Below are positions 1-7,703 of a DNA stretch of 56,022 nucleotides, in pieces. Positions within the stretch are counted from its first letter, which is position 1. Every line of letters begins with the position of its first letter. The stretch spans positions 1 through 56,022 of the forward strand of contig CAXUIU010000001.1 in NCBI GenBank assembly GCA_964250955.1. The letters are read 5' to 3'. The DNA is from an uncultured Chthoniobacterales bacterium. Its GTDB lineage: Bacteria > Verrucomicrobiota > Verrucomicrobiia > Chthoniobacterales > SZAS-18. The notes under the pieces were generated by a model. It did not search any database and was not told the origin of the DNA. It saw only the letters and a program-made list of their open reading frames with translations. The position numbers and the translations under genes were made by a program.

Positions 1-916
1 GAGGGGAAGCCGCCGGAGTTGCCTCCGGAGCCGGGTCCACGCCCTTGAGGACGGTGTCGTTCTTTTTGTCGGTGTCTCGGTAGGCTGCCATCGGTCCGAA
101 GCCTGTCTTCGTGCGGAAGTTGACGTACGCGTCGTTGGCTTCCTTGTAGCGGTCTTTGCGGATCACCGGCCAGCCGGCGGCGACGTTGAGGTCGGTGGGC
201 GGTTCGAGGCTGAAACCGCCGTTGTTGCCTTGGAAGACGTAGGAGCCGTAGTTGAGCGGCACAACGGTGAGCTGGACCCGGCCGTCGCCGAGTTTGGCGG
301 CGTGGAGCACGGCGGTCAGTTCGTAGGTGCGGCGCAACTCGATGTCCATGCCCGTGCGCAGGTTGCGCTTGATGAGGGGGGCGACGTTGGGCGGCGCGCA
401 GTACAGGTGTTCGATGAGCAGCTTCGGGTAGTCGGTCGCCACGGCGAGGGTGACGACTCCGGATTCGACGAAGTCGCTCGACCCCAGTTCGTACGAGTCG
501 AGGATCGTGAAGCGGCCCTTCGCGTACGGGATCGAGTCGGTGATCGAGAGGCCCTGGTAGTTGCGCAGGTAGTTGCGCTCCAGTTCGGCGTTGAGCTTGC
601 GCAAAGCGGCGGGCGTGAGCGCATTGAACTTGTTATAAATCTGCTCCGGTCCGAGGAACTCGCCCTTGGGCGGTTCCTGTACCTTGAAACGCTGCGGCAG
701 GTCGATCTTCTTGATCTTGCGCAGGATTTTGTAGCTCAGCGGGATTTCCGGCCGGCTGAACACGAGGTAGCTGCCGACCCAGCACGCCATGGCGAAGCCG
801 ATGAGTAGGAGGATGAACACCGTCCACAGGAACAGGTTACCCTTCTGCGGCTTGGGCTGGTCGTACTCGACCGGCGGGCGCAGGAAATCCTCGTTGATCG
901 GGGGAGGCGCCATCAT
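1..916 (-). CDS. Hypothetical membrane-anchored protein, 3' end truncated by the window edge
   Basis: Manual translation from ATG at 916: MMAPPPINEDFLRPPVEYDQPKPQKGNLFLWTVFILLLIGFAMACWVGSYLVFSRPEIPLSYKILRKIKK... stays open to position 1. One N-terminal hydrophobic helix. Not in the ORF track because no stop lies in the window. Starts 10 nt downstream of the iscA-like gene. Confidence 0.75.
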   Translation of the reverse strand, partial: MMAPPPINEDFLRPPVEYDQPKPQKGNLFLWTVFILLLIGFAMACWVGSYLVFSRPEIPLSYKILRKIKKIDLPQRFKVQEPPKGEFLGPEQIYNKFNALTPAALRKLNAELERNYLRNYQGLSITDSIPYAKGRFTILDSYELGSSDFVESGVVTLAVATDYPKLLIEHLYCAPPNVAPLIKRNLRTGMDIELRRTYELTAVLHAAKLGDGRVQLTVVPLNYGSYVFQGNNGGFSLEPPTDLNVAAGWPVIRKDRYKEANDAYVNFRTKTGFGPMAAYRDTDKKNDTVLKGVDPAPEATPAASP

Positions 917-926
917 CGGCCCGGGG

Positions 927-1274
927 TTAAGTCGTCTGGGCGGCGGCCGTCTCTGGCTCGAAGGAGGTCCCGCAGCCGCAGGTGCGCCGGGCATTGGGGT
1001 TCTGGATGCGGAAGCCGGTGCCGGTCAGGGCGTCGCAGTAGTCCACCGTCGCCCCGCGCAAGAATCCGAGGCTCTCCGTGTCCACGAGCACGCGCACGCC
1101 GTCGCGCTCGGTGATCTCGTCCCCGGCTTTGGGGGCGTCGAAGCTCATGCCGTACTGAAGCCCGGAGCAGCCGCCCTTGTCGATAAAGATCCGCAGGCCC
1201 GCATCGGCGGGGGCGTCAGTCTGGTCGGTCAGGAGGGTGCGGAGATGTTTGACGGCGTTATCCGTGATAGTCAT
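927..1274 (-). CDS. A-type Fe-S cluster carrier (HesB/IscA/ErpA family)
   Basis: MTITDNAV...LRIFIDKGGCSGLQYGM...NPNARRTCGCGTSF carries the GGCSG and CGCGxSF motifs. Start trimmed to ATG at 1274. Confidence 0.95.
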   Translation of the reverse strand: MTITDNAVKHLRTLLTDQTDAPADAGLRIFIDKGGCSGLQYGMSFDAPKAGDEITERDGVRVLVDTESLGFLRGATVDYCDALTGTGFRIQNPNARRTCGCGTSFEPETAAAQTT

Positions 1275-1333
1275 GGTGGCGCGGGTCGGTTCCCGTTGAT
1301 AATTTAGCACGGCTGGAAGTCAAAACCAAACCT

Positions 1334-3130
1334 ATGAGCCGCGTCGCGCTGTTGTCCGAGATCGTCGCCAGCCAGGTCGCGGCGGGCGAGGTCGTCGAAC
1401 GGCCCGCCAGCGTCGTCAAGGAACTCGTCGAAAACAGCCTCGACGCCCGGGCAACGGCGGTGGAGGTCGTCATCCAGCGCGGCGGCGTGGCGCTGGTGCG
1501 CGTGTCCGACGACGGGCACGGCATGGACCGCGACGACGCCCTCCTTTGCCTCGAACGCCACGCCACGAGCAAAATCCGCACGGGTGCGGACCTCGCCGCC
1601 ATCGCCACGCTCGGGTTTCGCGGGGAGGCCATGCCCAGTATCGCTAGCGTGTCGCGTTTCCGGTTGGCGACGCGCGAAGCCGGGGCACTGGCGGGCACGG
1701 AAATCCTCGTCAACGGCGGCCGGGTCGAAAAAGTCCGTGACTGCGGCGACGCGCCGGGCACGAGCGTGGAGGCGCGTTCGTTGTTCTTCAACCTGCCCGC
1801 CCGCCGCAAGTTCCTGCGCAGCGAGGGCACAGAGGCGGCGCACGTCGAAGCACAACTTCACCTCCTGGCGCTCGCGCACCCGGCGGTGCGGTTTACTTAC
1901 GTGCGCGACGGGCGAACGGTGTTCCAACTGCCCGGCGTGCGGCGTCTGCTCGACCGGGTCCGGGACTTGGCCGGCGAGGAAGCGGCGAACGAATTGACGC
2001 CGGTCGACGCACCGCGGGACGTGCCGCCGGGCGGGCTCAAGATCACCGGGTTCATCGGCAAGGCCGGCGTCAGCCGCGCGACCCGGGCGAACCAGCGCGT
2101 GTTCATCAATGGCCGCGCCGTGGAAAACGCCGTCGTCAACGCTGCCCTGCGTGAGGGCTACCACACGGCCTTGATGAAGGGACGTTACCCGGTAGCATGT
2201 CTGTTCCTGGACATGGACCCGGCCGCGGTGGACGTGAACGTCCACCCGTCCAAGCGCGAGGTGCGCTTCCGCGACCCGGGCACGGTGCGCGAGGCGCTGA
2301 CCGCCGTCGTGCGCCGCACCCTAGAAGCCGGCCGTGCGGAGTGGACACGATCCTTCCACCAGGCCCCGCTGCCGCAGGTGCCGCTGGTCTTGCCCACTCT
2401 GCCGCCGGAACCGACCGCCGTTCACGATTTGCCAGCATCGCCACCACCGGTCGATCCGCCCGAGAGCCTGTTCCCGGCCAGTCTGCCGCCGCGGATCGTG
2501 CCGCCGTTGCCCGAGGCACCGCCACCTCTACGCGAACCATCCGCCGCGGCCGGGCAGTTCAACGTCCTCGGCGTGCTCGGCCGCCTGTACGTCCTCATGG
2601 AAAACAAGGACGGCCTCGTCCTGGTCGATCAACACGCCGCCCATGAGCGCATCCTCTTCGAGGAACTCCGCCGCCGTCTGGAAGCCAACGACACGCTCAG
2701 CCAGCAGCTTCTTTTCCCGCTGACTTTGACGATGGGCCCGAAGGACGCCGACTGGCTGCGTCGCCATTTGGAGCCGCTCCAGCGCATGGGCATCGGGCTG
2801 GAGGATTTCGGCGCGGGGGCGTTCAAGCTCGACAGCCTGCCGCCGTTTCTGCAAGTCGCTGATCCGCTGCCGCTCTTGCGCGAGATCATCGACGCGCTCC
2901 AGGCTGCCGGGGCAGGGGCGTCGAAGGTACGTTTGGGCGAGGAGATGATCGCCAAGACCGTCTGCCGCCACGCGGTCAAGGCCAACGACCGTCTGCGCGA
3001 GCGCGAACTGGTCCGCCTGCTCGACGACCTGCTGGCCTGCGAACTACCCTACTGCTGCCCGCACGGCCGGCCGACGATGATCCAGTTTTCCTACGGGGAG
3101 TTGGAGCGCAAGTTCGGCCGTCGCACCTGA
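1334..3130 (+). CDS. mutL: DNA mismatch repair endonuclease MutL
   Basis: AAGEVVERPASVVKELVENSLDA, GFRGEA, DVNVHPSKREVRF; C-terminal endonuclease motifs DQHAAHER and CPHGRP; clamp-binding QQLLFP. Confidence 0.97.
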   Translation: MSRVALLSEIVASQVAAGEVVERPASVVKELVENSLDARATAVEVVIQRGGVALVRVSDDGHGMDRDDALLCLERHATSKIRTGADLAAIATLGFRGEAMPSIASVSRFRLATREAGALAGTEILVNGGRVEKVRDCGDAPGTSVEARSLFFNLPARRKFLRSEGTEAAHVEAQLHLLALAHPAVRFTYVRDGRTVFQLPGVRRLLDRVRDLAGEEAANELTPVDAPRDVPPGGLKITGFIGKAGVSRATRANQRVFINGRAVENAVVNAALREGYHTALMKGRYPVACLFLDMDPAAVDVNVHPSKREVRFRDPGTVREALTAVVRRTLEAGRAEWTRSFHQAPLPQVPLVLPTLPPEPTAVHDLPASPPPVDPPESLFPASLPPRIVPPLPEAPPPLREPSAAAGQFNVLGVLGRLYVLMENKDGLVLVDQHAAHERILFEELRRRLEANDTLSQQLLFPLTLTMGPKDADWLRRHLEPLQRMGIGLEDFGAGAFKLDSLPPFLQVADPLPLLREIIDALQAAGAGASKVRLGEEMIAKTVCRHAVKANDRLRERELVRLLDDLLACELPYCCPHGRPTMIQFSYGELERKFGRRT

Positions 3131-3942
3131 GTAAACACCGCCTCCACCCCGCGCGCGAAACTCTCTCCCGGCGCACCCGCCGGGCTGACGAGGCGGGCCG
3201 CTTCTTTGGCGTGCGCGTTGCCGCCGTCCATCGCCACACCGAGCCCGGCCCAGCGCAGCATCGGCGCGTCGTTCTCACCGTCGCCGAAGGCCAGCGCCGC
3301 TTCCTGCGCGACGCCGTAGTACCGGCAAACCACTTCCAACGCCCGCGCCTTGTTGGCCTCCGGGGCGTTGAATTCCAGGTTTTCCGGGTCCGTGGCGACG
3401 ATGCCCAGACGGCCGGCGTAGCGTTTTTCCGTGTCTGCCCGGATGCCTTGCAAGACCGACGGCTCGCCGTACCAGACGATCTTCAACGCCGCCTCACCGT
3501 GCAGGTCGCGCAGGCTGCCGGGGAAACGTTCCGCCCGTTCGCCGACGCGGGACTCGTAGAGGTCCGTCCAGTGGTTCGTCGTCGTGACGTACAGGTGATC
3601 TCGGTGGTAGTACACGACCGTGTAGCCGGCCCGTTCGCCCTCGGCGACCAGTTCGTCCGCGAGGTCGGGCGGGATGCAGACCTCGTGAATGGTCTCGCCT
3701 GACTGCGGGTCGCGCACGCTCGCGCCGGCGCACGAAATCAGCAGTCCATCCAACCCGAGTTGCCGGTGGAACCGTACGCTGTTCTGGTGCCGCCGGCCCG
3801 AAGCCAGGACGAACCGCGCCCCCGCGTCGCGTAGCCGGCGCACGGCGGCAGTATTAGCGGCGCCGATGTCCTTGTGCGGGCCGAGCAGCGTGCCATCGAG
3901 GTCGCTCGCCACGAGCCGGTAGGGGAAGACAGGTTCGTCCAT
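3091..3942 (-). CDS. Cof-type HAD-IIB hydrolase
   Basis: LVASDLDGTLL, LASGR, K..AL and AFGDGENDAPML motifs. Start trimmed to ATG at 3942. The 3' end overlaps convergent mutL by 40 nt. Confidence 0.92.
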   Translation of the reverse strand: MDEPVFPYRLVASDLDGTLLGPHKDIGAANTAAVRRLRDAGARFVLASGRRHQNSVRFHRQLGLDGLLISCAGASVRDPQSGETIHEVCIPPDLADELVAEGERAGYTVVYYHRDHLYVTTTNHWTDLYESRVGERAERFPGSLRDLHGEAALKIVWYGEPSVLQGIRADTEKRYAGRLGIVATDPENLEFNAPEANKARALEVVCRYYGVAQEAALAFGDGENDAPMLRWAGLGVAMDGGNAHAKEAARLVSPAGAPGESFARGVEAVFTQVRRPNLRSNSP

Positions 3943-4042
3943 CAAGGGCGGTCCATAGCACGGTTCGACGGCAAAATCTCTTGGCAACCGCCCCGGTCCG
4001 CGCCAACGTGCCTCCCCGTTCCTTCCCCATTTTTGTACTCCG

Positions 4043-5011
4043 ATGGCCCCGTCGTCTCGTTCCGAACTCAAGATTTTCAGCGGTTCGGCCCACCCTGAAC
4101 TCGCCCGCAGCATCGCCGACAACATCGGCATCCCGCTCGGGGAGGCACAGGTCAAATCCTTCCCGGACGGCGAGACCAGCGTGCGGATCATGGAGAACAT
4201 CCGCGGCCGGGACGTGTTCATCGTGCAGCCGACCTGCCCGCCGGTGAACCACAACCTGATGGAACTGCTCATCCTTGCCGACGCCGCCCGCCGGGCCAGC
4301 GCCGCCCGGATCACGGCGGTGATCCCGTTCTTCGGCTACGCCCGGCAGGATCGCAAGGACCGCCCGCGGGTGCCCATCACGGCCAAGCTCGTGGCCAACC
4401 TCATCACGGCGGCCGGCGTCGACCGCGTGTTGACCGTGGACTTGCACGCCCAGCAGATCCAGGGCTTCTTCGATATCCCGGTGGATCACCTCTACGCGCA
4501 GCCCGTCTTCCTGCGCCACCTGCGCACGCAGGACATGGCCCCGCTGGTCGTTGTTGCGCCCGACGTGGGCGGCATCAAGGTCGCCGACTCTTACGCGCGT
4601 GCCCTGCACACCCAGCTCGCCACCGTCGCCAAGAAGCGCAAGAGCGATACGGAGGTCGAGAGCGCCTATCTCATCGGCGAGGTCGCCGACCGCAATGTCC
4701 TCCTCGTGGACGACCTGACGACGACCGCTGGAACGATCACCAGCGCCGCCAAGCTGTGCAAGGAACACGGGGCGCGCTCCGTGCGCGCGGCCGTCACCCA
4801 CGCGGTGCTCACCGACATGGCCGTCGAGCGCCTGCGCACTTCGGTCGTCGAGGAACTCATCACCACCGACAGCAACCCCGCGCACCGGGCCGAACTCCAA
4901 AGCTGCCACATGACCGTGCTCTCCATCGCCGGGCTGCTGGGCGAGGGCATCAAGCGTATCCACGGCGACGAGTCGGTCAGCGGGCTTTTCAACGTCGACG
5001 TGATCAACTAA
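4043..5011 (+). CDS. prs: Ribose-phosphate pyrophosphokinase
   Basis: FPDGE, PFFGYARQDRK, DLHAQQIQGFF, VDDLTTTAGT motifs; sits upstream of rplY-pth. Confidence 0.97.
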   Translation: MAPSSRSELKIFSGSAHPELARSIADNIGIPLGEAQVKSFPDGETSVRIMENIRGRDVFIVQPTCPPVNHNLMELLILADAARRASAARITAVIPFFGYARQDRKDRPRVPITAKLVANLITAAGVDRVLTVDLHAQQIQGFFDIPVDHLYAQPVFLRHLRTQDMAPLVVVAPDVGGIKVADSYARALHTQLATVAKKRKSDTEVESAYLIGEVADRNVLLVDDLTTTAGTITSAAKLCKEHGARSVRAAVTHAVLTDMAVERLRTSVVEELITTDSNPAHRAELQSCHMTVLSIAGLLGEGIKRIHGDESVSGLFNVDVIN

Positions 5012-5036
5012 GCGCGAGGGATTTAGCTCCCTGCGC
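5012..5036 (+). other. Intergenic hairpin between prs and rplY
   Basis: gcgc(g)aggga-tttagc-tccct-gcgc immediately after the prs stop; no U-tract, function unknown. Confidence 0.35.
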
Positions 5037-5091
5037 ATTGCGGGGTTGCAATCTGGCGAAAATCCTCCATCTTCCGTCCCTTCCTTTTTCT

Positions 5092-5757
5092 ATGGCTACC
5101 CAACTGAAGATCAACGCGCAGCCCCGGACCGAGTCCGGCCGCAACGCGGTCAAGAAGCTCAAGAGCGCGGGCCTCGTACCGGCGGTCATCTACGGGGCGA
5201 AAGACCCGGCGCGCAACCTCCAGCTCGTTGAACGCGAGGTGGACACCCTTCTAGCCCACGCCACGAGCGAGAGCGTGCTGGTCGAAGTCGCCATCGGCGC
5301 GGAGACCAAGACCGCCCTCATTCAGGAAATCCAGCACCACCCCGTCAGCGGCAAGGTGCTCCACATCGACCTGCACGCGGTGTCGGCCGACGAAGTCCTC
5401 ACCGCCGAGGTCACGGTCACGACGACCGGCGAGGCCGCGGGCGTGACGACCGGCGGTGGCGTGCTGGAAATTGCCTTGCACACCGTGGAAGTCGAGTGCT
5501 TGCCGGCCGACCTGCCCGACGCGATCACCGTGGACATCAGCGCGCTGGGAATCGGAGATTCCATCCACGTCCGAGATTTGAAATTACCGCGTGGTGTGAC
5601 CGTGACCAACGACGCCGACCTGACGGTGGTGTCCGTGACCGCCCCGACCATCGAGGAAGAGCCCGCCTCGCCCTCCGACCTGCCGGCAGGCTCGCAGCCT
5701 GTCGCCACCGAGGAAACCAAGCCCATCGACGGGACCACCTCCGCGACGACGCCCTAA
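5092..5757 (+). CDS. rplY: 50S ribosomal protein bL25 / Ctc
   Basis: MATQLKINAQPRTESGRNAVKKLKSAGLVPAVIYG...IQHHPVSGKVLHIDL...IGDSIHVRDL. Start trimmed to ATG at 5092. Confidence 0.96.
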   Translation: MATQLKINAQPRTESGRNAVKKLKSAGLVPAVIYGAKDPARNLQLVEREVDTLLAHATSESVLVEVAIGAETKTALIQEIQHHPVSGKVLHIDLHAVSADEVLTAEVTVTTTGEAAGVTTGGGVLEIALHTVEVECLPADLPDAITVDISALGIGDSIHVRDLKLPRGVTVTNDADLTVVSVTAPTIEEEPASPSDLPAGSQPVATEETKPIDGTTSATTP

Positions 5758-5772
5758 ATCCGCTCTTTTCGC

Positions 5773-6378
5773 ATGGCCTCCGCTCCCGCCGACGCACCCG
5801 CCATCCGACTGGTGGCGGGCCTGGGCAACCCCGGGCGGGAGTACGAGAACACCCGGCACAACGCCGGCTTCATGGTCGTGGATCGCCTCGCCGCTCGGCT
5901 CGGGCTTTCGCTCGGCTACTCGACGAACTGGCAGACATTCTGGGCGCGAACGGCCGACGGCTGCACCTATCTGAAACCGGCCACCTACATGAATCTCAGC
6001 GGCCGGGCCGTGCGCGCCGCGGCGCAGTTCTACAAGGTTGAGCCGGCCGAGACGCTCGTCATCTTTGCCGACCTGGCGTTGCCTCTCGGTCACCTGCGCT
6101 TGCGCAAGGAAGGCTCTTCCGGCGGCCAGAACGGCATGGAGTCTGTCATCGAACACCTCGGCACCCCGGCCGTTCCGCGCCTGCGCGTGGGGATCGGCGC
6201 GGTAGCGGGCGGACGCTCCATGGTGGACCACGTGTTGAGCAAGTTCACTCCGCGCGAACAGGAGGTTCTCGCCACCGCCATCGACCGTGCCGCCGACGCC
6301 GTCGAACACGCCCGCCAGCACGGCTTCGAGGCCGCCATGAACATCTTTAACCGCACCCCGGCCGAGACGCCTTCTTAA
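5773..6378 (+). CDS. pth: Peptidyl-tRNA hydrolase
   Basis: LVAGLGNPGREYENTRHNAGF, KPATYMNLSG, GGQNGMESV, RLRVGIG. Confidence 0.97.
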   Translation: MASAPADAPAIRLVAGLGNPGREYENTRHNAGFMVVDRLAARLGLSLGYSTNWQTFWARTADGCTYLKPATYMNLSGRAVRAAAQFYKVEPAETLVIFADLALPLGHLRLRKEGSSGGQNGMESVIEHLGTPAVPRLRVGIGAVAGGRSMVDHVLSKFTPREQEVLATAIDRAADAVEHARQHGFEAAMNIFNRTPAETPS

Positions 6379-6407
6379 CCACCCAACCACACACCCCAAC
6401 CCCGCTT

Positions 6408-6719
6408 ATGAAAAACCGCTACGAGGGCCTTCTGGTCCTGGACACCCAAGGCAAGGAAGACACCGTCAAGGACGTGATCGACCGGCTCGAAAAAGACTTC
6501 AAGAAGGAAGGTGCCGATGTCGAGCAGGTGCAGAAGATGGAGAAGCGTGAGTTCGCGTACGCGGCCGGCGCGCTGACCGGCGGCTACTTCGTGAACTTCG
6601 TGTTCAACGCCGAGCCGATGGTCATCGACAAGCTGCGCGCGAAGTTCAAGCTGGACCCGGAAGTGTACCGGCAGAACTACCAGAAATTGACTGCGAAAAA
6701 AGCTGTCAAGAAATCTTGA
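6408..6719 (+). CDS. rpsF: 30S ribosomal protein bS6
   Basis: MKNRYEGLLVL...KREFAY...GYFVNFVF; 103 aa; lies between pth and ssb. Confidence 0.92.
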   Translation: MKNRYEGLLVLDTQGKEDTVKDVIDRLEKDFKKEGADVEQVQKMEKREFAYAAGALTGGYFVNFVFNAEPMVIDKLRAKFKLDPEVYRQNYQKLTAKKAVKKS

Positions 6720-6737
6720 TTCTGCTACATTTGCTAC

Positions 6738-7346
6738 ATGGCGAACCTCAACAAAGTCATGCTGATCGGCAACTTGACCCGGGACCCGGAGATCAAGTAC
6801 ACCCCTAAAGGCTCGGCCATCGCCGAGCTGGGCCTCGCAATCAATCGCTATTACACGACCGAGAGTGGCGAGAAGAAGGAAGAGACCACGTTCGTGAACG
6901 TGACGCTCTGGGGTCGGCAGGCCGAGATCGCCAAGGAGTATCTGACCAAGGGTAAGCCGGTGTACATCGAGGGTCGACTCCAGCTTGATAGTTGGGACGA
7001 CAAGCAAACCGGTGAAAAGAAGTCCAAGCTGAAGGTCACCGGCGAGCAGATGCAACTGCTCGGCGCGCGTGGTGAGGCCGGCGGCGAAGGTGGTGGGGGT
7101 CGCTCCTACGGCGGCAACCGCGGCGAGTCGCAGGAGCAAGGAGGCGGCGGTGAGGACTACGACCAGCGCCCGCAGCGTTCCCAGCCGCAAGGCCAGCGCA
7201 GCACTGGCGGTGGCGGTTCCTACCAGCAAGGTGGCGCACCGCAGCGTGGCGGCGGCAACAGCGCGCCGCAGCGCGGTGGCGGCGGCCGGCCACAGCCCGC
7301 TCCGGCGAACAACGACGCGGACGAGGACGACGACATCCCGTTCTGA
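6738..7346 (+). CDS. ssb: Single-stranded DNA-binding protein
   Basis: NKVMLIGNLTRDPE OB fold, Gly/Gln-rich linker and acidic DDDIPF tail. Confidence 0.98.
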   Translation: MANLNKVMLIGNLTRDPEIKYTPKGSAIAELGLAINRYYTTESGEKKEETTFVNVTLWGRQAEIAKEYLTKGKPVYIEGRLQLDSWDDKQTGEKKSKLKVTGEQMQLLGARGEAGGEGGGGRSYGGNRGESQEQGGGGEDYDQRPQRSQPQGQRSTGGGGSYQQGGAPQRGGGNSAPQRGGGGRPQPAPANNDADEDDDIPF

Positions 7347-7371
7347 GCATAAAAGGACAAGCTTGACGAAG

Positions 7372-7401
7372 CGGCGGCCCACATCGGCCGCCGTTTTCTT
7401 T
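7372..7401 (+). terminator. Rho-independent terminator after ssb
   Basis: cggcggcc-cacatc-ggccgccg stem-loop followed by ttttcttt. A second hairpin (ggccgc-aac-gcggcc) follows and could serve the convergent gene. Confidence 0.75.
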
Positions 7402-7430
7402 CCGGGGCTGGCCGCAACGCGGCCGGAAGG

Positions 7431-7703
7431 TCAACGCTGCTCAAACGGATCAGTCACATCTGGGGCGACGTTCACGGAAAACGTCGAGATCTCTCCGTCC
7501 GGTCGGCGCACGGTGCCGGTGGATTCCAAGCCGAGTTCGCGGTAGGCGTTCTCCAACGCCACGGGGTTGCTGCGCAACTCGGGGAAGAGGGTCGCCAGAC
7601 GCTTCTTGATCCACTCCTTGGCCATGCGCCGGTCGATGGCGTGCAGTGGCCTTTCGGGAGGCGTGGGCGCGAGGACACGCTTGAAAAGGTGACGCAGGTT
7701 CAT
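7431..7703 (-). CDS. Hypothetical 90-aa protein
   Basis: ATG overlaps the upstream kinase stop (ATGA at 7700-7703); protein-like composition; no family recognised. Confidence 0.7.
   Translation of the reverse strand: MNLRHLFKRVLAPTPPERPLHAIDRRMAKEWIKKRLATLFPELRSNPVALENAYRELGLESTGTVRRPDGEISTFSVNVAPDVTDPFEQR

Noticed and set aside
3943-4042. Possible tRNA upstream of prs (contains ggttcga)
   Set aside because: No cloverleaf, acceptor stem or D-arm could be formed.
7075-7290. Repeats in the ssb 3' half (GCGCCGCAGCGCGGTGGC-like)
   Set aside because: They encode the ordinary Gly/Gln-rich SSB linker; not a CRISPR or DNA-level repeat.
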